This document shows, one piece after another, positions 26,371-39,830 of a DNA stretch of 64,000 nt. The notes below the pieces were generated by a model. It had not been told where the DNA came from. It was given only the letters and a program-made list of their open reading frames with translations, and ran no database searches. The stretch is from Octopus sinensis. Taxonomy: Eukaryota. The position numbers were made by a program, and so were the translations under genes. Within the stretch, counting starts at the first letter, position 1. The number at the start of each line of letters is the position of its first letter. The stretch lies in the NCBI RefSeq assembly GCF_006345805.1, contig NC_043000.1, positions 38,998,001 to 39,062,000 on the forward strand, in the 5' to 3' direction.

Positions 26371-26859
26371 TTATTAATCGTGAAGGCGTGTGGGATGGAT
26401 GGTGGTGCACTCACGATCACAAGGTCACGTTTTCGGTTTCCGGACCGAGCGGTGCGCTATGTACTTTAGCGAAACCCTTCAAATCAAGCTGCCTTGCAGT
26501 TACTCCCACATCTGACACGGCCGTCAGCTTCATCTACCCCATAACATTTGGTCACAACAATAAAACAATTTGTTTACTTTGTTCCACAAAAAGTTGTTAA
26601 AACATTTTTTCTGTCGAGTCCACCATTAGACTTAGATAGCGGTGGAGCTTTTACATGATCGTTCGAACCGGTAGAAATAGTAGCTACATATTCCTTAAAT
26701 TACATCTTAATATGTTTATAATAGAAGGTAACATAGGAATGTCGTAGACTTAAGCATAGATACCGATGCCGCGTTCAAAGATGGAAGGACTTTGATCGTG
26801 TGTCTACGCGATGGAGGCTGGTCGGGGGTTAAATAGAAATAGTAAATACTGTTGCAGGT

Positions 26860-27419
26860 AATGCTGATGCTGATGATGATAAGGATGATCATGATCAGGA
26901 TCAGGATAACGATGATGAGGATGAGGATGTGGAGGAGGCTAAGGATGAAGAGGAATATGAGGATGATGTGGAGGAGGAGGGGGTGAAATGGCGATGATGA
27001 TGATGAGGATGATGATGAAGATGATGATGATGATGACAAAGAGGGAGGAGGAGGAGGAGGAGAATGGTGGAGGTGGATGAGGGGAGGAAAGAAGGGAAGG
27101 GACTAAGAGAGGAGGGGAGGAGGAGGAGGCGAGGTGGAGGAGGGGCAGCAGCAGAGGAGGAGAAGGAGGATGCCGCCTCCGACGACGACAATGATGATGA
27201 TGAGGATGATGATTCCGATGATGACGACGACGACGATGATGATGATAAGGATGTCGTCGCCGCCGCTGCTGCTGCTGTTATCAACCAGGCTAGCGATACC
27301 TCTTTACACGTTGTCTCGACTTGCGAGTAATAGCAGTCAAATCTCACTCGAATTTTTCTCTGCAGCCTTAATACAAACGAAATGCCAAATCGACAGTAAC
27401 TGTTCAGAAGCCCTTACTA

Positions 27420-27450
<31 letters not shown>

Positions 27451-27710
27451 TCCTTTCTCGACAGTGTTGGTTTGTTTACGTCACTGTATTTTAGCTGTTC
27501 ACCAAAAGAGACCAATGGAATAAGAAAAATATTAGTGCCAGGATGGATTTGCTTGATTAAAAACCCCTTCAAATCAGTGCCCCAGCATGGCCGCAGTCGA
27601 AGACTGAAACTAGTAAAATATAAGAGGGAGTGAGAGGGTGGGAGAGAGAGAGAGTGGGAGAGAGAGAGAGAGAGCGGGAAAAAGGGAGAGATAAATAGAG
27701 AGAGAGGGAT

Positions 27711-27742
<32 letters not shown>

Positions 27743-27847
27743 GATATTTCAGTTAAGAAACAGATGACTGAGTGAATGAGATTCAATTGAAGAGACAGGA
27801 TCATTGTGGCAGGAGATGAAGGACGAACGACAGCGATGTCAAGACGT

Positions 27848-27888
<41 letters not shown>

Positions 27889-27906
27889 GTGGTGGTGTGG
27901 TGATGA

Positions 27907-27979
<73 letters not shown>

Positions 27980-28060
27980 AATGATGATGGTGGTGGTGGT
28001 GATGATGATGATGATGATGATGATGTGATGATGATGATGATGATGTGGTGGTGGTGGTGT

Positions 28061-28110
<50 letters not shown>

Positions 28111-28161
28111 GTCGTGGTGGTGGTGGTGACGATGATGATGATGATGATGATGGTGGTGGTG

Positions 28162-28213
<52 letters not shown>

Positions 28214-29030
28214 GATGATGATGATGATGATGATGATGGTGACGTGTTTAACGATGAAGACGACAATGACGTTAGCGGCGACGGCGGAAGTGACGGTGGT
28301 TGTCTTGATGAAGCGGATTATCATAATGATCATGATGATGATGGTGACAATTATGATGTTTTAGAAGATGATGACGTTGATGATTATGGTGGTGGTGGTG
28401 GTGGTGGTGGTAATATGTATAATTATGATAATTATGATAAAGAGGAGAGGCGGAATGATGATGTCGGTGATGTTGATAATGATCCTGGTTATTATCGTTA
28501 TTTCTGGTGGTGGCGGTGATGGTGGTGGAGGTTGAGTTATATGCTTATTCTTTTCTATTTGTGCGTGCATGTGATGTTGTTGTTGTTGTTATTGTTGTTG
28601 CTAGTGATTATGACGGCATGAATGATGACGGTGATGATGATGATGACGATGATAGTAATGAAACACAAATAAACAAGATAAAGAAGGAAGGGAAAGAGGT
28701 GGAAAAAGAGGAGGAGAAGAAGAAGAAGAAGAAGAAGAAGAAGAAGAAGAAGAAGAAGAAGAAGGTCATAAAGAAAATGAGGATGATGATGAAGACAATG
28801 ATAATGATGACAGTCATGATGATGATGATGAGGATAATGATGGTGTTGATGATGGTAGTGATGATGTTGATGATAATGATGATAATGATGATGACGGTGA
28901 TGATGATGACGACGATGATGATGAGGATGATGATGATGATGATGATGATGAGGATGATGATGGTGATGATGGTGGTGGTGGTGATGGTGATGATGATGAT
29001 GACGATATCAATATCAGAAATCATTATTGA
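26860..29030. repeat. Large trinucleotide repeat domain: (GAT)n, (GGT)n, (GAG)n, (GAA)n, plus GA-rich tracts
   Basis: Direct reading; source of the poly-M/D/H/S ORFs. Confidence 0.9.
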
Positions 29031-29872
29031 CTTTGAAAATGAGAACGGAGGGAGAAGAAAAGCAGAAGAAGACAGTCAAAAGTATGAGCAGAAAGGGAGA
29101 AAAGGAGGAGGAGGAGGAGGAGGTGGAGGAGGAATTTCGATTCTGTGGATGTTGTTTTGCTGCGAAAACAAGGAAGCATCGTCGCTGCTCATCAATAACG
29201 CCAGAAACATTGATATCCGTTGTAAATATACGTTTGTGCAACAGATAAGAAGAAACCGAAGTGTTATGTTCGCTTACGCCAGCTTACAGCTTACTGAAAA
29301 ACTGTACCGCAGCAAGTGAAATATGAAATCATGACGTCATTACACGTGACCCACTTTTTTTATTCGCTTCTGATCATGCTGTTTCGGTTTCCTTTTTTTT
29401 TTTTTCTTTCATAATTACATTAATGATGAAGAGACGGTTATTTTAAGCAATTCTACGTTAATAACAAATTTTATATTCGTCACCAGCTGCTGTCAGAGCT
29501 TTAGATATCATGCCTGGATGGTTTTGATGTAGAATAATTATAAAATTTTCAAGATTAATTACAGATGTTATTTTGTAGCTGGCCAGTTATAAAACATTGT
29601 TTCGCTTTATACCTGCATAATCAGTAACGACTGCGTTACTGGTATCAGCTAGTATGGCGTTACACATTTTAGATGCGCTTTCAGCGAGTGGGACCGATTT
29701 TACGGGGAGACAATATGGCTGATTTGTCCTACATTTCTAGTTCCAACTCTTAAAGATAAAAGCAAACAAACCTTTCCTAATTCTTACGGAATCCGTGTGG
29801 TATCCCTTCGTATATGTGTGTGTGCGTGTGTGTGCGTGTGTGTATGTGAGTGTGTGTGTGTGTGTGTGTATT

Positions 29873-29903
<31 letters not shown>

Positions 29904-30125
29904 ATGTATATATTTTAATGATAAAAGCAAACATTTTCTCATTCTTACGGAATCTGTGTCGTAGCTCTTCGTATATATGTGTGTGTATGCATGTATATGT
30001 ATGTATGAGCGTATATGTGTATGTGAGTGTGTGTATGTGTGTATGTATGTGAGTGTGTGTATGTGTATGTATATGTATATGTGCGTGTGTGTGTATGTGA
30101 GTGTGTGTGTATAGAGAAAGGCAGA

Positions 30126-30186
<61 letters not shown>

Positions 30187-30552
30187 CATACATACATACA
30201 TACATACATACATACATACATACATACATACACACACACACACGCACATATATGTGTCTGTGTAAATTTCAAATTTCACAAGAGGTGTTGCTTTGCTTCC
30301 GTCCTTGGAAATCAGCGCATCAGCAAAAAGAAAAAAGGGAGAGACCGACCGATTGCATAGTTACTATATCTACCAAAAGGTACCAGGACCGATTCCGTGC
30401 CCCAGCATGGCCGCAATCCATTGACTAAAACAAGCAAGAAGAAAAAGATAAGAGTTAATAGACCAAATCTACAGAGGATGGAATCAGTCTTAGAGTAGAC
30501 CAATCACAAATAACGTCTTGCCAATGTAGTCCAAGAATTTCGCCTGAACATT

Positions 30553-30773
30553 AGGCGCAGGAGTTGCTGTGTGGTAAGAAGTTTGCTTACCAACCACATA
30601 GTCCTGGGTTCAATCCCACTGCGTGGCACTTTAGGCAAGTGTCTTCTACTATAGCGTCGGGCCGACCAAAGCCTTGTGAGTGGATTCGGTAGATGGAAAC
30701 TGAAAAGAACCCCGACGTATATATGTAGATATATATGAGTGTGTGTGTGTGTGTGTGTGTTTGTTTGTGTGTG

Positions 30774-30817
<44 letters not shown>

Positions 30818-30960
30818 TCCTCCCACCATCGTTTGACGACCGATGTTGGTGTGTTTATGTCCCCGTAACTTACCGGTTCGACAAAAGAGACCGACAGAAT
30901 AAGTACAAGGCGGTGCTCCAACATGGCCGCAGTCAAATGACTGAAACAGGTAGAAGAATA
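30553..30960 (+). mobile_element. SINE family B (ggcgcaggag.ggctgtgtggtaag head, internal microsatellite)
   Basis: gggttcaatccc B box, ggcacttt.ggcaagtgtcttctactatagc body, (TG)n, tail cagcatggccgcagtcaaatgactgaaac. A second tail copy is at 31060-31265. Confidence 0.8.
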
Positions 30961-31771
30961 AAAGAATATATGTATACATGGTCGCAGCTTTGAGCTGAAA
31001 CTACAGATAAAATATATATACATATATATGTATGTGTGTGTATCTGTTTGTGTGTCTGTGTTTACCCTCCCACCATCGTTTGACGACCGATGTTGGTGCA
31101 TTTACGTCCCCGAAAATTAGCGGTTCGGCAAAAGGAGATCTATAGAATAGAATAAGTACTAGGCTTACAAAGAATAAGTCGTGGGGTCGATCTGTTCGAC
31201 AAAAGCCGTTACCCCAGCATGGCCGTAGTCAAATGACTGAAACAAGTTAAAGAATAAAAGAATAAGTTACTCAAAGAAAATAAATTAGTCGCAGGGAAAA
31301 AAAAAAACAGGGAAATTTAAAGTCTGTAAAGTTATTGGGCAAATTGTGAGTGGTTGAAGAGAAAAGTGCGCCGAGTAAATAATAAGATTCAGCAGGAAAA
31401 CGATCCATTAAGTACAGCAAATATAGACAGGAAATGATTGCGAAATACCAGAAGGAAGAGATTACGAACAATCATAAGAGTATGGTCAGAGCTGGAAGAA
31501 TAAAAAGAAAATTACAAATTGGGAATTGCAAAACGGCATATATGCATATATACTTACATACATGCATATATATCTAAGTACACACACACATACATACTTA
31601 CATACCAACATATATACGAACATACATATATGCATACATACATACATACATACATACATACATACATACATACATACATACATACATACTTATGTATATA
31701 AACATACAAATGTATATATATAGACACATATATTTATATATACATATATGTTTCTCTCTATATATACATAT

Positions 31772-31811
<40 letters not shown>

Positions 31812-31899
31812 ATGTACACGCACACACATAACTATATAAATATTTATATACATACGTATGTATATTTAGATATACACACACAGAGTCAGTTATAGACAG

Positions 31900-31930
<31 letters not shown>

Positions 31931-31965
31931 GATAGATATAGATAGATAGATAGATAGATAGATAG

Positions 31966-31998
<33 letters not shown>

Positions 31999-32023
31999 TA
32001 TATATATATATATTATATATATA

Positions 32024-32085
<62 letters not shown>

Positions 32086-32607
32086 TAGTCGTACGCTCTC
32101 TAAACGCACGGAAAACAAATAATCCTCAAGTTCCATTTGATATTGAAATAACAAAGCTCACAGCGACATCTTGGTTTTCTGAAAGAGAAAAATAAGAGCA
32201 AAGAATGGAGAGATGGCACCAACAAACACCAAATACACTGATTTACTGAAGCAAAAATGAACTTAATATTCTACAGCTTATCAATATCAAACTGGGATGG
32301 TGTTATTTAGTGGCGGGGGGGGGGCGGTGACTACAAGAAATAAAAGAAAAAATAAGGTAATCTAATGAAGCCGCCACAACAGTAGCGGTGTCCTCGACTG
32401 AAGTATCGTAGCCATAGTTTCTAGGTTCTAATAATCTACTAACACCGATTAGATGATAGTAGCATTTAACAAGCTATTTGGTCACTCGATCTGCTAGAAA
32501 TAATAACCAAAATTCATGTCAAGAACATCCTAGAATCTTTGAAGATATGGGAGCCATACACAAATATGATCATACATATTGCATAATGTATGACCATATT
32601 TGATGCG

Positions 32608-32998
32608 GTGAGTTGGCAGAATCGTTAGCACGTCGAGCGAAATGCGTAGCCGTATTTCGTCTGTCTTCACATTCTGGGTTCAATTTCCGCCGAGGTCGAC
32701 TTTGCCTTTCATCCTTTCGGAGTCGATTAAATAAGTACCAGTTACGCACTGGAGTCGATATAATCGACTTAATCCGTTTGTCTGTCCTTGTTTGTCCTCT
32801 GTGTTTAGCCCCTTGTTGGTAGTAAAGAAATAGGTATTTCGTTTGTCCTCACGTTCTTGATTCAATTTCCGCCGAGGTCGACTTTGCCTTTCATTCTTTC
32901 GGGGTCGATAAATTAAGTACCAGTTGCGTACTGGGGTCGATCTAATCGTCTGGACCCTTCTCCAAAAATTTTGGGCCTGTGCCTAGAGTATAAAAAGA
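32608..32998 (+). mobile_element. Two tandem SINE family A copies with different tails
   Basis: The first ends gtttagccccttgttggtagtaaagaaata. The second (headless) ends gggcctgtgcctagagtataaaaag. Confidence 0.8.
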
Positions 32999-33151
32999 AA
33001 TAATAATGTAATCATGTATCTCTAGGATTGGTGAAATGGTGTTGACCCATCTGATGAGACCCCAATAAAGGTAGAAAATCGATTACACCTGTACATTTTA
33101 TTTTCAACTTGCCAAGAAATAAATAAGTTTCCTGTGCCTATCCATCTATGA

Positions 33152-33406
33152 CAGTTGTTCTCAACCATGTTTTTTGTCCATGAACGCCTTTGAATCCTGT
33201 TTTACTCTACTGGACCTCTACCGTCATTCAGAGTATATAAAAAAAATCCATCATATTCTCATAATTAAATATTATTAGGAATTGTATGAAGAGTCTTGAA
33301 ATATTTTGTGTATTGTACAAGTAGAAGAAATTTATTGCACAGAAATGTTAACAATAAAATCTTATATGAACCCCGAAGGTCATAAGGTTTCGATTGAGAA
33401 CCGCTG
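33152..33406. mobile_element. hAT-type MITE
   Basis: TIRs cagttgttctcaacc / gattgagaaccgctg; 8-bp TSD atctatga / gtctatga. Confidence 0.75.
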
Positions 33407-34099
33407 GTCTATGATGTAGGTTCGTTTATGTTACATCTTACGTTAACACTGGGTGAACAAGATTTCGCCTTGGCAGGTCGCCGATAGGTATTAAATGCAG
33501 TGTTGTTGCTGCTAGTTCCTTCTCGAGCCATGCTTGGCTGATAAGGGCCGGTTTTCCTGTTTCATTGGCGTATAGATTCCCCATCTGGATGGGACGCCGG
33601 TCTGTCGCAGGTGAGCTGCAAGATGAAAGTTGTGACGAAAGAGTCAGTAGAAGTTCGCGTGGAGCTTAGGTGTTTCGCTCATACACACACACATCACTCA
33701 GTTTGGGATTCGATCCCGCGAGTCCGCTGTTCTAACCACGAGGCCATATCCCTCCACATTAAACGAAGTATCAAACACTAATGTTATGCAATTTACTTGT
33801 TTCAGCTCTTTGAAGCTACTAGATTTTATGCGTATAAAAACATAGACGAGTATAAAGTGACATGTTTGTATGCCTATTATGTAGGTGTTAGGGTTATGGT
33901 TACATAAAATGCAGTAATGGTTAACGTTGGAAGGAGTTTGAACAATAGCAACGGCAGCAGTAAACGAAATTATAAGAGATAAAAGAAACCCTAATTTCCG
34001 GTAAATATAAATACGCATGTGCAAAAGGACTTGATGCTGGGCAAAATGATGAGTAAACGCATTATCAAGCTGTAAAAAGAAATCAAATTATATGAAATA

Positions 34100-34612
34100 C
34101 TAGCAGTATCGCCCGGCGTTGCTCGGGTTTGTAAGGGAAATAACTATATAAGCATTTTTAGAGAGTTACTTCCCTTATAGATGCCAATTCGGGCTTTCTT
34201 AGCCATTTCTGTTTTGGTGTCTTCAAGCCATGAAGTCGTTGTTCTAAGAGAACGCTGGTCTCCTTGACAACGCTTTACGACGTTGATTTCCTTACACTCC
34301 CTTCCCCACAGCTTCACGAGGGAGGGAAGAAGGGGGAGAAGCAAACAGGTGCAGGTGTGACCATGGACGCTAACTCCGCCGCCATCGACACACGAAAAAT
34401 TATGCATTAAAATGGAATAAAAAATTATGTTAAATTATTTTTAAAATCGTAGACTCATCGTAGACGCGCGCTAATACTCAAACGGGCTCGATATGAATCA
34501 CGACTATAAGATACCCGAATTTGGTTAAACTGCACCGCAAAATGTGGGAGTAGTTAGGAATCTAAATCGAAGGGGACAGACACTCACACAACTACAGTTT
34601 TATATATATAGA
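34100..34612 (-). mobile_element. Non-autonomous Helitron/Helentron-like element, longer copy
   Basis: Minus strand: 5' TCtatatatataaaactgtagttgtgtgagtgtctgtc, hairpin cccgagcaacgccggg, 3' CTAG, with A|T flanks. Confidence 0.75.
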
Positions 34613-35559
34613 TTTACATTATTATAATGGCTTACCAAGTCATTGTTAATGCGTTCTGGGATATTCGAACGTGAATATCCTAATCGGTGTTGTATCGCAT
34701 GAATGAAAGAGAAAATTCTGCCTAAACGAGTAACTTGTATGTATCCTCTGCTCAGAGCTTACGAATGCTGGGAGACACGAGGCATGTTATTGACACCTGC
34801 CTAGAAAATACCACCAATGTCTGAAACTATTTGTAGTTCATATATATATATATATATATGTAAGTGTGTGTGTGTGTAGGTATATATCTAATGTACATTA
34901 AACAATATTTATCCCTTACCGGATGGAATTACTTTTTGTTGATCTTACCTTTATAGGAAATCAAACTATATATATACACATATATATATACATACATACA
35001 TACAATCATACATACAAACGTTCCTACATACATATTCATGCATGTATATCATATATCTATGTATCTATCTATATATATTGAGAGAGAGAAAGAAAGAGAG
35101 GGGGAAGAGAGAGAAAGCGAGAGAGAGTGATAGAGAGAGAATTGTGTATGTATATACATGTGTGTGTGTATGTGTGTGTGTACACGTGTACGCACATTGC
35201 ACATACACTGCAATGGATGTACGCTAGAAGATGTGAAACCGGTTTGGAATACGTAATCTTGAAATAATTTGATTGCAGTACTCTCTTGTGGATATATGAT
35301 ATGACATTTTGAAATATGTAATAATGCATTTGAAAATAAGTTGATTATGATGGCCCGTTTCTCAAGATGTATTTTGAAATAATATGACTGTAAAATTTTT
35401 ACTTTGCAATTAGCTAAAATGTAAAAGGGAATGTGCATTTTATTCTCTTCATTCTTATCTTTATACACACACGCAAGCGCGCTTACACACACACACACAA
35501 CACACACACACACATACAAAGAGACACACACCGACACACATACGGAGAAGCAGGCACGA

Positions 35560-35865
35560 ACTGGTACTCCATCGTTTTCGACGATGAGTGTTTCAGTTTA
35601 TCCGATCAACGGAACAGCCTGTTTGTCAAATTAACATGCAAGTGGCTGAGTACTCCACAGAGGCTCATACCCTTCAGCGTGACACAGAATGTGACAAGGC
35701 TGGCCCCTTTGAATTACAGGTACAGCTCATTTTTATTAGCTTAGCGAACTGGAGCAACATTAAATGAAGTGACCTTGCTCAAGGACATAACGTGCCGCTG
35801 AGACTTGAGCTCACGTCATGACGATCGTGAGCCAAATAACCTAATCACTAAGCCACGTCCCTTCA
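35560..35865 (-). mobile_element. SINE with C-type head and E-type tail (similar copy at 56705-57000 +; related at 21240-21450 -, 54205-54450 -, 62920-63100 -)
   Basis: ccttgagcaagg domain plus the gtggagtactcagccacttgcatgttaat...gtcgaaaacgatggagtacc tail. Confidence 0.6.
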
Positions 35866-35879
35866 CATACATACATACA

Positions 35880-37140
35880 TATCCCACAATGCATTGGCAG
35901 TACCAGTGCTGATCCCAACATTTGGGATACTTGATTGGTCTGCAGAGGAAATCCATTCCATAGATATCAAAACCCGAAAAAATCCTGACAACAACTGGCA
36001 ACTTCCACGGAAGCAGTGATGCAGACAGGCTCTACCTAAGAAGAAATGAAGGTGGTAGAGGCCTCATATCAGTGCAGACGGCCTTCGAATGCTGTATGGT
36101 ATCACTCAGGCAGCACCTGCTAAACAACAGCAGCAAAATTAAATATATTAATGCAGTACTAAAAAGTGAAGTGAGCAACATTGTACGAGTTGGCAGTGAA
36201 CTCCTCAAGAAACACTCCCTTCTTGATGATCTCCTATACAGCCCCAAAACAGCTGGGCTCTCTTACCTCAGAAAAGTCCTGGGTTGAAAGCACTCAGCAT
36301 ACAAAAAGAAAGGCTATGCATGAAGAAGACAGCAGAATTGACAGGAAGCGCAGCCTTTCTCGGACACAAGGCCACTACATCACATCACACTTTGAAGGTT
36401 ATGCATTTGCAATCCAGGAACAAGAGATGGCCACAAAGTACCTGGTGAATAAGAGAGACAGGGACGCTCTTATAATCCCAAAGTGCAACCGCAGGCTATG
36501 TCATGTGTAGGCATATGTAGGTCATGTCATGTTTCTTGTGGAAGACATCACGCATGTGATTAGCAGCTGTCCTAAAATGTTGTCAGGGTACTACCTCCCT
36601 ATGCGGCACGATGTTGTTGCTAAAACAATTTACAATGGCATCCACAGAAAAGACTGTCTTGAAATAAACTTAGAAAACCCCTCTGTCATGGAATACATTC
36701 ATGAACACCAACTCAAGCAATGTTGGTGGAATATCAAAATGTCTGTCAAATGTAAACATAGCAGACCGGATATTGTCGCTTGGAACAGAGGGGCAAAGGT
36801 ATGCACCATCATAGAGGTCAGCTGCCCTGCAGATATGAAAAAGTGGATATCTATGGACAACTGCTTTGAAACCTCCAGTTTCTATATCCAGACTATGAAT
36901 TCATATTCATATCAATAATAATCGGAGCACTAGGTTTTGTTAATAAATGCTTAAAGGAGAATCTGGATAAACTGGGATTTTCAGAAAGAGAACTCGACCG
37001 GCTGATTCGTACATTACAAGTACAGTCTGTGAGTGGAACAGTAAGAATATTCAAGACTTTTCTCAAGTTCCAAATGTGAATTTGATGAAGCCTTGTATCT
37101 TTGTTGGAAGTTTTAAAATAATTAAAAAGAAGAAGAGACG
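35880..37140 (+). mobile_element. 5'-truncated R4/Dong-like LINE (RT C-terminus, CCHC finger, restriction-like endonuclease)
   Basis: ALAVPVLIPTFGILDW, DIKTRKILT, DADRLYLRRNEGGRGL, AIQEQEMATKY, EDITHVISSC, MRHDVVAK, HSRPDIVAWN..IIEVSCPAD, IIGALGFV, LQVQSVSGTVRIFKTFLKF. Multiple frameshifts and stops. The 5' end abuts (CATA)n. Confidence 0.85.
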
Positions 37141-37325
37141 TAGGTACATGCATATGAATTTATACTGACTGAATTTGGGATTTGGTAACTGTCAGGTCGT
37201 CATCGGAAAATGTTTCCGAGGAAGCTGTGTACGTATTCAGTATTGCAGTTATTTCAAGAATAAGACTTATCAAACGAAATTATGTTGACAGTAACTGCCG
37301 TCACAATTCTCAAAACACTGTTCAT

Positions 37326-37356
<31 letters not shown>

Positions 37357-37467
37357 ATATATATATATCATATATATATACATATATATATATATACATA
37401 ATATATATGTATATATATACATGTATATATATTAATTAATTATACATGTATATATATATACATATAT

Positions 37468-37546
<79 letters not shown>

Positions 37547-37547
<1 letters not shown>

Positions 37548-38157
37548 CAATAAGGACAACTACTTAATAAGGAAAACTTAACAAGAAATTGTCAGGTAGA
37601 TAGCGTAAAAAACCTCATAAGAGAAAAATTTCGAAAATAATTATTTCTTATTGAACATATTAATTTATATATAGAGGGCATTATACATACATGCCAGGAG
37701 GCATTCTACATACACGCCATACGCTAAGAGGGCAATCAGTCATTTCTACCAAAAATATTACTAATCCCACCGAATGCAATTTTCAAAGAAAGACATTTAA
37801 AAATATATAGACTGTATCACAGTGATTTCAACTTACGTAATCATCAGCAGGCCTGAATATACTATAAATAAACAACGACCCTGCCTCGCTTAAGCCGATC
37901 AGCTAACTGATCAACATCAACGAAGCACATGGGTTGGTTTATATATACTATATCCGGATGAATGGCAACTTTTACGAATTGCATTTCGGGAGAGAAAAGT
38001 TTTTTCGGAATAAAAATTTAGCAATTAAGGACAACTACTTAATAAGGAAAACTTAACAAGAAATATTTTTGGTAGAAATGACTGATTGTCCCTCTTAGCG
38101 TATGGCGTGTATGTAGAATGCCTCCTGGCATGTATGTATAATGCCCTCTATATATAA
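37547..38157 (-). mobile_element. Fold-back Penelope-like relic with ~90-bp inverted arms, a ~45-bp direct repeat and a hammerhead
   Basis: Arms 37668-37760 and 38063-38155 are nearly perfect inverted repeats. gcaat(t)aaggacaactacttaataaggaaaacttaacaagaaat occurs at about 37547 and 38020. The hammerhead is at 37810-37852. Confidence 0.65.
37810..37852 (-). ncRNA. Minimal type-I hammerhead ribozyme
   Basis: CUG-CUGAUGA-uuacGUAAguu-GAAA-UCAC-U-GUGA-UA-CAG. The core is intact, helix III is near-palindromic, the cleavage triplet is AUA, and helix II is weak. Confidence 0.55.
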
Positions 38158-38177
38158 ATATATATATATATATATAT

Positions 38178-38445
38178 AGGCACAAGCGTGGCTGTGTGGT
38201 GAGGAGCTTGCTTACCCATCACATGCTTCCGGGTTCAGTCCCATTCCGTGGCACCTTCAGCAAGTGTTTCTACTATAGCCTCGGCCCCACCGAAGCCTTG
38301 TGAGTGGATTTGGTAGACGGAAACTTAAAGAAGCCCGTCGTATATATATATATGTTTGCGTGTCTAGGTTTATCCCGATGTTGGTGTGTTTACGTGCCCG
38401 TAACTTAGTGGTTCGGCAAAAGCGACCGATGGAATAAGTACTAGC
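38178..38445 (+). mobile_element. SINE family B
   Basis: Same head and body as 30553. Confidence 0.75.
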
Positions 38446-38749
38446 ATGTTGCTGTTGGAACCGAGCGGTCTCAGAGTGTAAGTAGTTAGACTCATTCGTT
38501 GCCATAACTGCGGCTTGTGCTTTTCCGCCGAGGTCGACTTTGCCTTTCATCCTTTCGGAGTCAATAAATTAAGTACATGTTGCGTACTAGGGTCGATCTA
38601 ATCGACTTGACTCCTCCCCAAAAAATTTCGGGCCTTGTGTCTTGAGCTGAATAAAAGATATATAAATAGAACGCTGAGAGAATAAAAAAGATATATAAAG
38701 TGATATTAAGTGAAATGTGATGCCGTTATAGATTTCAGCTGCCGCTGCT

Positions 38750-38846
38750 AGTTATGATGATGATGATGACGGAGACGACGACGACGATGATGATAACGAT
38801 GATGATGATGACGAGGATGACGATGACGATGATTATGATGATGATG

Positions 38847-38877
<31 letters not shown>

Positions 38878-38897
38878 CGACGGCGACGACGATGATG

Positions 38898-38928
<31 letters not shown>

Positions 38929-39030
38929 CGACAGCGACGACGATGATGATGATGATGATGACGACGACAACGATGATGATGACGATGAGAATGACGACGG
39001 GGATGACGATGACAATGATTATGATATGGA
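38750..39030. repeat. (GAT/GAC)n trinucleotide array
   Basis: Direct reading. Confidence 0.9.
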
Positions 39031-39457
39031 TTTCAGCCGGTGGGAAATTGCCGTTGAAGTGCATCAGATAAGAAGCATCATATTTGTTTGTTTGTTTGTT
39101 TGTTTTTGTTGTTGTTGTTGTTTTCGCTCTTTACAATTCTTCGCTATCTTCACACACAACAGGAAAAGATTTTGTTGCATCTTCTGTTTTATTTCCTTCT
39201 TTGTTTCTGTAGCTCTTACGGTCAATGACGTTTCGTCTAGACTTGAGAAGAGCTGCTAAGTCTATTCAGGTGTTAGGGAACAATTGTGCTGAAAGTGTGT
39301 CATTGATACGACTGTTGATTCCATCTTGATTTTTCCCTCCATTGAAAGACGTGCTGTTTCGAATCGAGACGGCAGTAAAGACCACGCTTAATCAATATTG
39401 ACTTAATTCATTGATAACTAATACGTTCAGATACTTAAAATTGTTTGCAGAACACTC

Positions 39458-39830
39458 GTGGCACTCCGTCGGTTACGACGACGAGGGTTCCAGTTGATGC
39501 GATTATCGGAACAGCCTGCTCCTGAAATTAACGTGCACGTGGCTGAACACTCCACAGACGCGTCTACCCTTGACGTAGTTCTCGGCGAGATTCAGCGTGA
39601 CACAGAGTGTGACCCTTTGAAATACAATTACAACAGAAACAAGAAGAAAGAGTCAGAGAAAGTTGTAGTAAAAGAATACAGCAGAGTTCACCACCATCCC
39701 TTGCCGGAGCCTGGTGGAGCTTTAGGTGTTTTCGCTCAATAAACACTCACAACGCCCGGTCTGGGAATCGAAACAGCGTTCCTATGACCGCGAGTCCGCT
39801 GTCTTAACCACTGGGCCGTTGCGCCTCCAC
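39458..39830 (-). mobile_element. SINE family E (tRNA-derived head gtggaggcgcaa.ggcccagtggttaag)
   Basis: A box, B box gtttcgattccc, tail ...gaaccctcgtcgtcgtaaccgacggagtgccac. Confidence 0.8.

Noticed and set aside
39740-39830. tRNA gene calls for the tRNA-like heads (also 14781, 56160-56252 and others)
   Set aside because: A and B boxes are present, but each continues into a SINE body, lacks a proper acceptor stem, and one has a TSD. They are SINE heads.
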